Shown here piece by piece: positions 54,418 to 64,000 of a stretch of DNA of 64,000 bases. Position 1 is the stretch's first letter; every line of letters starts with the position of its first letter. The stretch is from an uncultured candidate division Zixibacteria bacterium. Lineage in GTDB: Bacteria > Zixibacteria > MSB-5A5 > UBA10806. The notes under the pieces are model-generated. The model did no database searches and had not been told where the DNA came from. It saw only the letters and a program-made list of their open reading frames with translations. Both the position numbers and the translations under genes were made by a program. The stretch is taken from contig CAWDFP010000011.1 in the NCBI GenBank assembly GCA_963801605.1, forward strand, positions 64,001-128,000, given 5' to 3'.

Positions 54418-55482
54418 ATGTTCAGGCAAGCAGCGTTTCTGGCAATACTATTCATTTTGATTTCAAATTCCGCACACGGCCAGCAACAATATTTCTACCA
54501 CGGTCGAAATTATGGCAGCGAGGCTCTTTATAATCCTGTCAATCTTATCATAAATAGCGGTTATGGCATCATGCAAATGGAGGAATACAGGCGTGATTTC
54601 CTTCATTTACCATACCGTGAGGGAGCCCGGAATCTCTGGCGCAACCTGAGCAGTCCATTCGGTCCCATTTCACGCTATGGTTGGTGGAATTTTGCCTCCA
54701 ATGAGCTTTTCCCGCTCCATTTGACCAAAACCCGCGCCCAGTGGCTTCCCAATTATCAGCTTCATTTGATAGGCGGCGGTATGAGCTATCGCGCTATGTA
54801 CGAATGGTATGAACTGCACAACTACCCAGTTCCGCGAATAATGTCAATTTCCACAATGGCGGCCTGCCATATTTTGAACGAAATCGTGGAAAACGGCTCT
54901 TACCAGGGAGACAATGTCGATCCTATCGCCGATATCTATTTTTTCGATATCGGAGGAATTATCCTTTTCAGTTTCGATAATATCAATCGCTTCTTCAGCA
55001 AAAAGGTTGTTATAGCCGATTGGTCGTTGATGCCATCACTGGCGCTTCATGATATGACTATCCAGAATAACGGGCAGAATTTCAGCTTCAAATGGCAACT
55101 TCCTTTTGCCCGTAAATGGTCATTATTCCACTATTACGGCCTTCAAGGCTTGACCGGATTTTCGCGCCGTGTCAGGGGAGACGATGATATATCGGTCGGC
55201 CTGGGACTTCGTTCCAAAGCAATTGAAGTTATCGATCAGGGCACTCGACGGCAGACTGTCGATCTCGTTTGGAATGGCGGTCTCTTTTATGACCGCGGTA
55301 ATTCGCTTCTTTGCTCCCTGCTTTTAAGCGGGCAGTATGATAAAACGCTTATTCTGAATATTTATCCGGGTGTAGTTCGAATGGGTAATTTTTCTCCCGG
55401 TTTATGGCTCGTTATGAACGGAGCTGGTAAGCCGATGATCGGCGCTATTACAACCTGGACACCCGGTCTGGCCTTAAAATAA
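54418..55482 (+). CDS. Secreted/outer-membrane hypothetical protein
   Basis: 354-aa ORF with signal peptide ..AHG|QQQ and beta-strand-rich C-terminal half. Confidence 0.65.
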   Translation: MFRQAAFLAILFILISNSAHGQQQYFYHGRNYGSEALYNPVNLIINSGYGIMQMEEYRRDFLHLPYREGARNLWRNLSSPFGPISRYGWWNFASNELFPLHLTKTRAQWLPNYQLHLIGGGMSYRAMYEWYELHNYPVPRIMSISTMAACHILNEIVENGSYQGDNVDPIADIYFFDIGGIILFSFDNINRFFSKKVVIADWSLMPSLALHDMTIQNNGQNFSFKWQLPFARKWSLFHYYGLQGLTGFSRRVRGDDDISVGLGLRSKAIEVIDQGTRRQTVDLVWNGGLFYDRGNSLLCSLLLSGQYDKTLILNIYPGVVRMGNFSPGLWLVMNGAGKPMIGAITTWTPGLALK

Positions 55483-55624
55483 AGCGTATCGGGATTTTGA
55501 CATTTTCCATATTATTTTAATTTTCTATATTATTAGCTTGACAGATTTTCAAATATTGAATAAAAATCGTTTATATAAGTATCTCTTGATAGCATCACAG
55601 GGTGACAACATCGAGTTATTAGAC

Positions 55625-55797
55625 GCGTTACGGGCATGAGCGGCTTTTTATCTTGCCGCGATAATCAATACGGTGGGATACCGGGTATTGATTTGTGCAA
55701 CGGCCGGCAAGGTAACGTAAACCGTTAATTACGCCGCTCAATAATGTGCCCCTAATTTTGCAGCCTGCGGGGACTTCCTGAAGTCCCCGCATTGTTT
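55625..55797 (+). ncRNA. Unassigned structured non-coding RNA candidate
   Basis: Nested long-range helices plus a terminator in a 440-bp gap between convergent genes; TTGACA at 55538 upstream; strand inferred. Confidence 0.45.
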
Positions 55798-55925
55798 TAT
55801 CCTCTTATTATAGCACCATTGACACCAATATTTCAAAAGTCCGATAAATGTTATAGATGATTACAGCATAAAAAAAATGGGGCGGCATAGCAGGCGCCCC
55901 ATAAGTTTATCGGATATTGAGAATA

Positions 55926-56453
55926 TTATTGGCCGACAGTTACCGAGATGATCATGAATAAGTCGTATCTAATCGAGGCGCCTTCGGTTGGAATGGCATA
56001 AACATAGAATTGGCCGTCGCCTAAAAGCTGGTCTCGCAAGACGGGCAAATTCTGAACATGAGCCAGAGCATCAGACCAATTTAGAAAGAGTGAATCTCCG
56101 GCCGCAATCGATGGCGAATCGAACATTAGTGTGGAATTGCCAGGAGTCTCTACCTGTGTCGGAGTAGTGTAAAGATTATCAGAAATGTAGATTTTAGTAT
56201 GGGCTTCACTATCGCTGGTGTTGACCACATAACCAACCAGGGAGACTTCATCAACCGATTTTAGCTTGTCTTTGTTGTCTTGGTAATCGCTGCTTTCCGA
56301 TGATACGTCGACATACCTCCATTGCATCTGATTGGGAATAGGAGTCCAGCCGGAAAGCTCGACGTTAAAAACTTTTGTCCCGGACGTCAGTATGCATCCC
56401 CCTATAATGATGGGCAATAAGAGGGCAACCGCAATTAATAAATTCCTTTTCAT
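55926..56453 (-). CDS. Hypothetical lipoprotein
   Basis: MKRNLLIAVALLLPIIIGGC lipobox; GGAGG RBS. Confidence 0.7.
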   Translation of the reverse strand: MKRNLLIAVALLLPIIIGGCILTSGTKVFNVELSGWTPIPNQMQWRYVDVSSESSDYQDNKDKLKSVDEVSLVGYVVNTSDSEAHTKIYISDNLYTTPTQVETPGNSTLMFDSPSIAAGDSLFLNWSDALAHVQNLPVLRDQLLGDGQFYVYAIPTEGASIRYDLFMIISVTVGQ

Positions 56454-56462
56454 ATTACCCTC

Positions 56463-57008
56463 CTATATGATGCCAATGTGATAGTTCAAACCAACAAACA
56501 ACAAACCATTTTTCCGCGAACCGCCGCCGCCGGTAGGCACAATCTCAAACTTTGCCTGGCCTTCGACACCGATACCAGCCGGAAAGACAAATTCGAGACC
56601 TGTTCCCAGGCTATATCCGGTTTTGGAAATAGTCTCCTGGCCGGCGCGTTTCCACTTGTAGCCGGAAATTCCGGCCATACCGTAGAAATGCGGACCGACT
56701 CCGCCGCCCGTCGAACCAAGAAGCGCTTCAAAACCAAAAACGCTGACTTTACCGCCGGTTCCTGTAAAGGTAAGATTTCCTATTGTCTGTTTAGGATCTC
56801 CAAATTTACGAGATTCATAAAACAGGGCGCCCGCCAGAAAAGGTATGGGTGCAACCTTGGCTTTGAATCCAAAACCGGAGCCGGCCTTTGCGTCCTCTTG
56901 AATTATTGGAGCATTTAGTCCGCCGTAAATACCCGCTGAAATATCGAGGACCGCCTGGGCGCTTCCGGCCATTAATAACACCAGAATGACTGGTATCAGT
57001 TTTTTCAT
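56463..57008 (-). CDS. Small outer-membrane beta-barrel protein
   Basis: Signal peptide; about 8 amphipathic strands ending FVGLNYH. Confidence 0.75.
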   Translation of the reverse strand: MKKLIPVILVLLMAGSAQAVLDISAGIYGGLNAPIIQEDAKAGSGFGFKAKVAPIPFLAGALFYESRKFGDPKQTIGNLTFTGTGGKVSVFGFEALLGSTGGGVGPHFYGMAGISGYKWKRAGQETISKTGYSLGTGLEFVFPAGIGVEGQAKFEIVPTGGGGSRKNGLLFVGLNYHIGII

Positions 57009-57075
57009 GTTACCTCCTGTAAAAGATACTAAGTATTTTGATTATCAATATCATTAAAAAATAATTTTAGTCAAG

Positions 57076-57975
57076 TCATTTCAAAAATGAGACGCTGAAA
57101 ATGTGCCTGTCGCCAAATTCGCTTAGAGGAATATAAGAATAATCGAGCGATAATTGGGCTGTGAAAATCCGAAATCCCAGAGAGACCGGATCGAATCTGG
57201 TGCTTCCAGCCCGGAGAGAAAAACCATTGAACGCTCGATATTCCAACCCGGCGGCAACCGATAGTCCCAAACTTCTGCGGGAGATGATATCCAGATTCAA
57301 GTTAATCAAATCGTTATAAAGCGGCGCCCAAGCCGAAATCGCCAGGCGAGTCGGCAGCGGAGATGAACTGCCTCCGATCTTAAAATCAGGTCCGATATTA
57401 TCAGCCGAGAGCGCCAATCGTCCAACCATGGTTTCTATCGAAATTCCGGCGCCTAAACCCCAACCGTTGCCATAGAGATCGTCGAGTTGTTGATTATATT
57501 GTGAAATTGAAATTCCACATGAAAAATCGCCTTTGTTTATTGACCCTGCAAGGCGCAGCAGGCGGTCTCCAACGGCAATATTTCCGGTTTTTTCATCATT
57601 GTTGGAATAACCCTCGATATCACCAGGCTTAAAAAAGTACGCTCCACAAGCCAGAGTAATATCGTTCCCCAACCTGACTGCGCCGGCAAAAGCCTCCGTG
57701 CGCGTATCCAGCAGAAGCTCCTGATGACATGCGAAAGCTCCCGTTCTCTGGCCCATGAGACTGGGATTGAGGAAAATTGCCTCTGGGCCGATTATCCCCG
57801 CATAATTGCCATTTCCGAGCGCCGCTGAATAGGCGCCTGTGGGGAGATTGAGGAATTCAAGCGCATTCTGGCCAGGACCAGCCATCGCCGATCCATAACA
57901 ACTGATCCAAATGCCTGCTAACAGAATCAGCTTAGGAAGCTCGTTTCCAGATTTTGATGGAAGTTTTTGAATCAA
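57076..57975 (-). CDS. PorV/PorQ-like outer-membrane barrel
   Basis: FLNLPTGAYSAALG...EAIFLNPS, LSLDYSY....FGDRHIFSVSF, typical of PorV/UPF0164-type barrels. Confidence 0.75.
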   Translation of the reverse strand: MIQKLPSKSGNELPKLILLAGIWISCYGSAMAGPGQNALEFLNLPTGAYSAALGNGNYAGIIGPEAIFLNPSLMGQRTGAFACHQELLLDTRTEAFAGAVRLGNDITLACGAYFFKPGDIEGYSNNDEKTGNIAVGDRLLRLAGSINKGDFSCGISISQYNQQLDDLYGNGWGLGAGISIETMVGRLALSADNIGPDFKIGGSSSPLPTRLAISAWAPLYNDLINLNLDIISRRSLGLSVAAGLEYRAFNGFSLRAGSTRFDPVSLGFRIFTAQLSLDYSYIPLSEFGDRHIFSVSFLK

Positions 57976-58042
57976 TTAATTACCTCGGCGCCTAAACCGT
58001 ATTCTAATATGCCGTTTCCCGTTTTCTGTCAATCGATATCGC

Positions 58043-58426
58043 TTAAATCTGAGCGATCATTTCAATTTCCACCAATGCGTCCTTAGGGAGCCGGGCTACC
58101 TCCACAGTGGAGCGGGCCGGGAAGTCCCTAATGAAATGTTCGGCATAGACGGCGTTAACTACAGTAAAATCCGCTATATTTTTCAGAAAAATAGTACTTT
58201 TAACCACATTTTCGAACCCGCATCCGGCGGCCGCCAACACCTCTTTCAGGTTATGTAACACCTGATGCGCCTGTGCTTTAACCTCTGGCCCGACTAATTC
58301 GCCGCTGTTGGGGTCCATTCCTATTTGTCCCGATGTAAAAACCAGGCCGCTTTTAGTTTCGATAATCGCCTGATTATATGGTCCAATTGCCTTGGGGGCG
58401 TTTTCAGTGTGAACTATTTTTTTCAT
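58043..58426 (-). CDS. ridA: RidA/YjgF family imine deaminase
   Basis: APKAIGPYNQA, FTSGQI, FPARSTVEVARLP..ALVEIE. Confidence 0.93.
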   Translation of the reverse strand: MKKIVHTENAPKAIGPYNQAIIETKSGLVFTSGQIGMDPNSGELVGPEVKAQAHQVLHNLKEVLAAAGCGFENVVKSTIFLKNIADFTVVNAVYAEHFIRDFPARSTVEVARLPKDALVEIEMIAQI

Positions 58427-58495
58427 TGTGTCCTTTCTAACAATTATCCTAAATTATCGAATGAATGTATATCACTTCGATAAGCCAAATTCAAG

Positions 58496-58660
58496 ATGAA
58501 GTTAATAAAAGAACATAAACCGGAATTGTTGATTGCCTTACTGGGAATCGCAACTTATATCATTTCGCTTGCCAATACATTCCATAGCGATGATTGGCAT
58601 GTACTCATTTTCTTGAGCGACGGCCATTTGCGCGAAGCGACTGCCGATTATATTAAGTAA
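58496..58660 (+). pseudogene. 54-codon ORF resembling the N-terminus of a GT-C-type membrane glycosyltransferase (possible remnant)
   Basis: MKLIKEHKPELLIALLGIATYIISLANTFHSDDW...: a TM helix followed by SL.N.F..DD. Confidence 0.3.
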
Positions 58661-58801
58661 AGGTAAAAGCTCTAACCCGGATTGGGTCTTTCTTCGAGGA
58701 AAAAAAGAGCCGAGGCAAGCCAAGCTCGCCCCGGCTGAATAAATCGTGGACAGTCCCGATTATAAATGGATCGCGCCTGCCCCAATCTCCAATTATTTTA
58801 T

Positions 58802-59296
58802 TTACTTTGCTTTGTACTGCGTAGTCCCTTTGTTGGTAGTGGTGCTTTGATCCGTCTTATGCCACCCCTTGCTCATTTCTTTCTTTTCCATTTCCTGGTA
58901 CTTCTTAAGCTGGTCTTTATTCAGTACGCCGGAAATCTCTTTGTCAGTTGAGGTCCGTAACTCGGTTCTCGCTTTTTTTAATGCATTGGCGTCGGTGGCA
59001 TATTTTTGATGATCGGCCATCATCTGCTTATCCTGGTTTTCGTAGATGCCGCGGATCTGTGTTGCCTGAGCATCAGTGAGGTTAAGGTTCTCTTTCATCA
59101 TGGCAACATGATGCTCGATCCGCATACTGTCGGATTCCATCGGCTTGGCCATAGTCTCCATGGATTTCGACATGGTTCCGTTAGTCTTAGACATGGTGTC
59201 GTTTGGTTTTGACATTGAAGTCTGAGCGTTGGCAAAAGCCGCAATCAGCAGAAACGTTGCCAATGACGCTAATAGTGTGAATTTTACTGGTTTCAT
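58802..59296 (-). CDS. Periplasmic Met-rich protein with LTxxQ (Spy/CpxP-like) domain
   Basis: Signal ANA|QT; repeated 7-aa M(S/A)K units; LNLTDAQ...VLNKDQ. Confidence 0.7.
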   Translation of the reverse strand: MKPVKFTLLASLATFLLIAAFANAQTSMSKPNDTMSKTNGTMSKSMETMAKPMESDSMRIEHHVAMMKENLNLTDAQATQIRGIYENQDKQMMADHQKYATDANALKKARTELRTSTDKEISGVLNKDQLKKYQEMEKKEMSKGWHKTDQSTTTNKGTTQYKAK

Positions 59297-59516
59297 ACCT
59301 TTCCCCTTTTCTCCTGTTTATGTTATTTTTCGATTTACTTAGGCTTTGATATTCGCAGTGCCTACGTTAGGTTCCAATAAAAAAATATAATAAATGTAAT
59401 ATTGGGCCATTATTCAGCTTCAAAACAATAAATGGGAAACATCGCCCCAATTATCATAGTTTATAAACGCGAAAAAGACTTAAGATTAACGTAACTGTGT
59501 AAATTTAGGAGGAATC

Positions 59517-59945
59517 ATGGCCATTCGTAACGGACAAGCAGTCTGGGAGGGGAATCTAGTAAAGGGAAAGGGGACCGTCAAGTTTGGCAGCGGGGCATTT
59601 GAGGGCCAATATTCGTTCGCGTCGCGTTTTGAAAATGGCATCGGAACCAACCCCGAGGAACTAATTGGGGCGGCCCATGCGGGTTGCTTTTCGATGGCTT
59701 TCTCGCATGCTTTGGCCGAGGCAGGCTTTACACCCATAAGAGTCGCAACAACCGCCAAGGTGCACCTTGATAAAGTCGATGCCGGATTTAAGATTACATT
59801 GATAGAGCTTATTACAGAATCGCAGGTTCCGGGAATCGATAATGATCGCTTTCAACAAATAGCAGCCATTGCCAAGGTAAATTGTCCTGTTTCGCAAGCC
59901 CTGGCAGCAGTTGAAATAAAGCTGGATGCCCGTTTGATAAATTAA
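59517..59945 (+). CDS. osmC: OsmC family peroxiredoxin
   Basis: AVWEG.L..GKG, SRFE...GTNPEELIGAAHAGCFSMA, AK.NCPVS. Confidence 0.95.
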   Translation: MAIRNGQAVWEGNLVKGKGTVKFGSGAFEGQYSFASRFENGIGTNPEELIGAAHAGCFSMAFSHALAEAGFTPIRVATTAKVHLDKVDAGFKITLIELITESQVPGIDNDRFQQIAAIAKVNCPVSQALAAVEIKLDARLIN

Positions 59946-59977
59946 TCCTCCGGCTTAATATCGTAGATAACCATCTC

Positions 59978-60096
59978 TTGACCGGATTGCTCTAAAGCCA
60001 TATACTAAAACAGCAGGGGCGAGGCAGGCGCTCGCCCTTATTTTGTTGTCAGATATTCCCGGTTTTCGGGTTCGAACGAAATCTGCTGCGAGAGGC
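59978..60096 (+). promoter_or_regulatory. Sigma70-type promoter and structured 5' leader of mntP (riboswitch candidate)
   Basis: TTGACC-N17-TATACT (59978-60006); leader closed by CAGCAG/CTGCTG with two internal hairpins, next to a GAGAGG RBS. Confidence 0.55.
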
Positions 60097-60099
60097 TTG

Positions 60100-60645
60100 G
60101 TGCAACCGCTACCATTTTATGAAATATTATTGATAAGCCTGGGTTTGAGCGCTGACGCTTTCAGTGTGGCGCTGGCCGCCGGCGCCCAGGGCTTTACTCC
60201 CCGTCGGATATTCAGGCTCTCCTGGCATTTTGGGCTATTCCAATTCCTGATGCCTATCATTGGATGGTATGGAGGAGAGATCCTCGCGGAGCATATCGGA
60301 GGATATGGAAAGTATATAGTCCTGTTGCTTCTGGCTGTTATTGGTTGTAAAATGATCTTTGATGGTTTTAAGCCGAATTCACCCGAACCTCCTGATCTCT
60401 CGCGCGGCTGGAAACTCGTGATACTTTCAGTCTGCACCAGTCTCGATGCTTTGGGAGTCGGTTTTGGCCTGGGACTGATCGGAATAAATATCATCGAACC
60501 GGCCCTTCTTATCGGAGTTGTTTGCGCCGCTATGACGACCGTTGGTCTGTTTCTGGGCGTCTGGATGTACAACTGGTTGGGGCATAAAGCGATGATATTA
60601 GGCGGATTGATATTGATTGGCATTGGAATAAAGATGGTTTCCTAA
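60100..60645 (+). CDS. mntP: Manganese efflux pump MntP family
   Basis: LGLSADAFSVA, FGLFQFLMP..GW, TSLDALGVG, GGLILIGIG; GTG start after GAGAGG. Confidence 0.9.
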   Translation: MQPLPFYEILLISLGLSADAFSVALAAGAQGFTPRRIFRLSWHFGLFQFLMPIIGWYGGEILAEHIGGYGKYIVLLLLAVIGCKMIFDGFKPNSPEPPDLSRGWKLVILSVCTSLDALGVGFGLGLIGINIIEPALLIGVVCAAMTTVGLFLGVWMYNWLGHKAMILGGLILIGIGIKMVS

Positions 60646-60663
60646 ACCGGGAAGATTACTGAA

Positions 60664-61299
60664 ATGGGATTGACTGAATTTCTCGTTGAACATTTTACGG
60701 GCTGGATTTACGGCGGCGGGTATCTCGGCGTAGCAATATTAATGACGCTTGAAAGCATGGTGGCTCCGGTGCCAAGCGAGGCTGTCATGCCTTTCGCGGG
60801 ATTCTTAATCTATGAACATAAATTCACCTTCTTAGGGGTAATATTTTTCAGCACCGTGGGAAGCATAGTCGGATCGCTAATTTCTTACTATGCGGGGGCC
60901 TGGGGCGGACGGCCTTTTGTAAAGCGTTACGGACGATACCTGCTGCTTGATCTTCATCATCTCGACCTCACCGAACGCTTTTTTGCCCGTTACGGCGACA
61001 AGACCATTTTTATCAGCCGCTTTATTCCCGTAGTTCGGCATCTGATTTCGATTCCAGCCGGCGTGGGACGAATGAAGCTCGGTAAATTCTGCATATATAC
61101 AATTATCGGGGCTGCTATCTGGAATTCATTTCTGGCAATCCTGGGATATTATCTCAGGAACAACTGGACGGTGGTCAGAAAGTACAGCGAAGTTGTGGAC
61201 ATAGTCGTTGTCGGGCTGATGTTTATAGCCATAATATTCCTTGTCTATCAATATCTCAAGCGTTCAAAACGTGCCCGTCAGGCTCGACCGACCGAATAA
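60664..61299 (+). CDS. DedA family membrane protein
   Basis: LES..APVPSEAVMPFAG, F.RYG...IFISRFIPVVRHLISIPAG. Confidence 0.93.
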   Translation: MGLTEFLVEHFTGWIYGGGYLGVAILMTLESMVAPVPSEAVMPFAGFLIYEHKFTFLGVIFFSTVGSIVGSLISYYAGAWGGRPFVKRYGRYLLLDLHHLDLTERFFARYGDKTIFISRFIPVVRHLISIPAGVGRMKLGKFCIYTIIGAAIWNSFLAILGYYLRNNWTVVRKYSEVVDIVVVGLMFIAIIFLVYQYLKRSKRARQARPTE

Positions 61300-61393
61300 T
61301 AAATCGATTTTTTTAAGTTCGTCATTGACCGGCGACGTTAGTTTCGTATAAATTAAGATAATCGAATTTAATTTTATAAATTGAGGATAAAAG

Positions 61394-62416
61394 ATGTCGG
61401 AATTCAGACAGAATATGGCCTCAAAAGAATGGGTAATCGTAGCGCCTCTTCGCGGCAAACGGCCATCGGATTTTATAAAGATAATAGCCAAACGGGAGCC
61501 GCTGCCACCCCATAAAGCAGATTGTCCCTTTTGCAGGGGAAACGAGACCCAGACTCCTCAGGCGGTCTACATAAAACCGGAGAGCGGCGACTGGCGGCTT
61601 AGAGTGGTACCCAATAAATTTGCCGCCCTGCAGCCTGATACCGCCGCAGTCAGAACTCATGTCGGGGCCTTCATGTCCGCCAACGGGTATGGCGTAACTG
61701 AGGTGGTTATCGAAACTCCCGAGCATAATAAAACTATCGTTACGATGGAATTATCTGAGGTTTCGGCTATCCTGACTGCCTATCGTGAGCGCTTCGACCA
61801 GATTTCCCAAAATAAGAATATCAACCTTATTACCATTTTCCGCAACTACGGTCCGCTGGCCGGTACATCTCTGGAACATCCTCATTCTCAAATCATCGCC
61901 ACGCCGCTGGTGCCTCCTCATATACGGAACCAGATCGAGAAATCGATCCTATACCATGATGAAACCGGCCGATGCGTCTATTGCGATATTCTCGCCGAAG
62001 AGCTTCTGCAAAAGGATCGCATCGTGCTCGAAAATGATAGTTTCGTGGCGTTCTGCCCCTGGTCGGCTCGAACTCCTTTTGAGACTCGCATCTATCCAAA
62101 ACGTCATGCGGCCAGCTTCCTTTCGATAACCGAAAAGGAGATAGGGGATCTTGCCTGGATTTTGCGAGCCATGCTGGCAAAGATATACAACACGCTTCAA
62201 AATCCCGATTACAACTATGTTTTGCATTGTGCTCCCGTGGATGAACTTCATACCCGCTGCCTGCACTGGTATTTTATTCTTATCCCCAAAATCGGGACTC
62301 CCGCCGGATTTGAAATCGGATCGGGGATATATATCAATACCGTCCCACCTGAGGATTCGGCTCGGTTTTTGCGAGAAGCATCAACCGAAATCGAAGGTGT
62401 AACGTTATATTCCTGA
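61394..62416 (+). CDS. galT: Galactose-1-phosphate uridylyltransferase
   Basis: WVIVAP.R..RP, CPFC.GNE, RVVPNKF, F.NYG..AGTSLEHPHSQ. Confidence 0.9.
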   Translation: MSEFRQNMASKEWVIVAPLRGKRPSDFIKIIAKREPLPPHKADCPFCRGNETQTPQAVYIKPESGDWRLRVVPNKFAALQPDTAAVRTHVGAFMSANGYGVTEVVIETPEHNKTIVTMELSEVSAILTAYRERFDQISQNKNINLITIFRNYGPLAGTSLEHPHSQIIATPLVPPHIRNQIEKSILYHDETGRCVYCDILAEELLQKDRIVLENDSFVAFCPWSARTPFETRIYPKRHAASFLSITEKEIGDLAWILRAMLAKIYNTLQNPDYNYVLHCAPVDELHTRCLHWYFILIPKIGTPAGFEIGSGIYINTVPPEDSARFLREASTEIEGVTLYS

Positions 62417-62462
62417 ACCAATTAAGCGAACGGGGAGAATGAACTTAAATGAGGAGTAAGGT

Positions 62463-62811
62463 ATGCTCAAAAAGATAGAATCGCTGATTATCACATCGGA
62501 TAAATATGACGAAGCGATCTCCTTCTTCAAAAACAAATTAGGCTTTGAGATACCTATTGAGGGCGCCGATATGGCTCGTTTCGAACTAAATGGCTTTCCG
62601 GTATTTCGTCGCCAAAAGCGATAGCGGCAGTTGCACCTTTATCTCGCTTGAGACCGATGATATCGAAAGCGATTACCGGCTCCTCAAGGAAAAGGGTGTT
62701 GAATTTCCGGAGGAGATTAGCTCTCTCAAAAACGGCGATAAAGCCTCATTTTTCGGCGGTCCGGTCGGGATACAATTTATGCTCTTTCAATCGACAGCGG
62801 CTGCCGAGTAA
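62463..62811 (+). CDS. VOC/glyoxalase family protein, frameshifted near 62600
   Basis: GAGGAG RBS; MLKKIESLIITSDKYDEAISFFKNKLGF joins ...ISLETDDIE..Y..LKEKGVEF...FFGGP.G. Confidence 0.75.
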
Positions 62812-62933
62812 ATATGATCTTGATGAGTATTTTCGAGACTTAATATGCAATTCTCTAAAAAAGCATTGAACTATAACAGGCGATGTTGTAGAATTGGCAG
62901 CGACGTATTAGATTTTGCGATTTTAAGATGTAA

Positions 62934-64000
<1,067 letters not shown>

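Noticed and set aside
55636..55728. 30-codon ORF MSGFLSCRDNQ... inside the structured region
   Set aside because: No clear RBS; the extensive nested pairing is better explained as RNA structure
60043..60099. TTG start at 60043 for mntP
   Set aside because: It lies inside the structured leader with no RBS; GAGAGG precedes TTG 60097/GTG 60100 instead

Overview
64-kb bacterial chromosomal window, probably from an FCB-superphylum organism outside the classical Bacteroidota (Zixibacteria-like). This placement is inferred from SprA, PorV-like proteins and 'SQNYPNPFN' C-terminal sorting domains. Left third: one minus-strand run of recG, DUF1844, an ABC exporter, murB, sprA, an M28/glutaminyl-cyclase-like lipoprotein, DUF4097, a beta-barrel/SppA fusion and an M16 peptidase pair. 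Middle: rpmB, four LVIVD-repeat proteins with T9SS-type tails around uvrD/pcrA, an AOS-family PLP enzyme, OmpA, mscL, DUF3078 and DUF58. A secreted DUF1573 protein has an in-frame UGA at the Cys of its CGC motif followed by a SECIS-like hairpin, so it is a probable selenoprotein. Right: acyl-CoA dehydrogenase, PEP carboxykinase, a small AT-rich island with an intact IS3 inserted in a REP-like palindrome, fabH, a PorV-like operon, ridA, osmC, mntP with a structured leader, dedA, galT and partial eno. An orphan structured RNA candidate lies at about 55.6-55.8 kb. About a dozen genes have small frameshifts that look like long-read consensus errors, not pseudogenes. No rRNA, tRNA or CRISPR array was seen. 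All family assignments come from motif recognition, not database searches.
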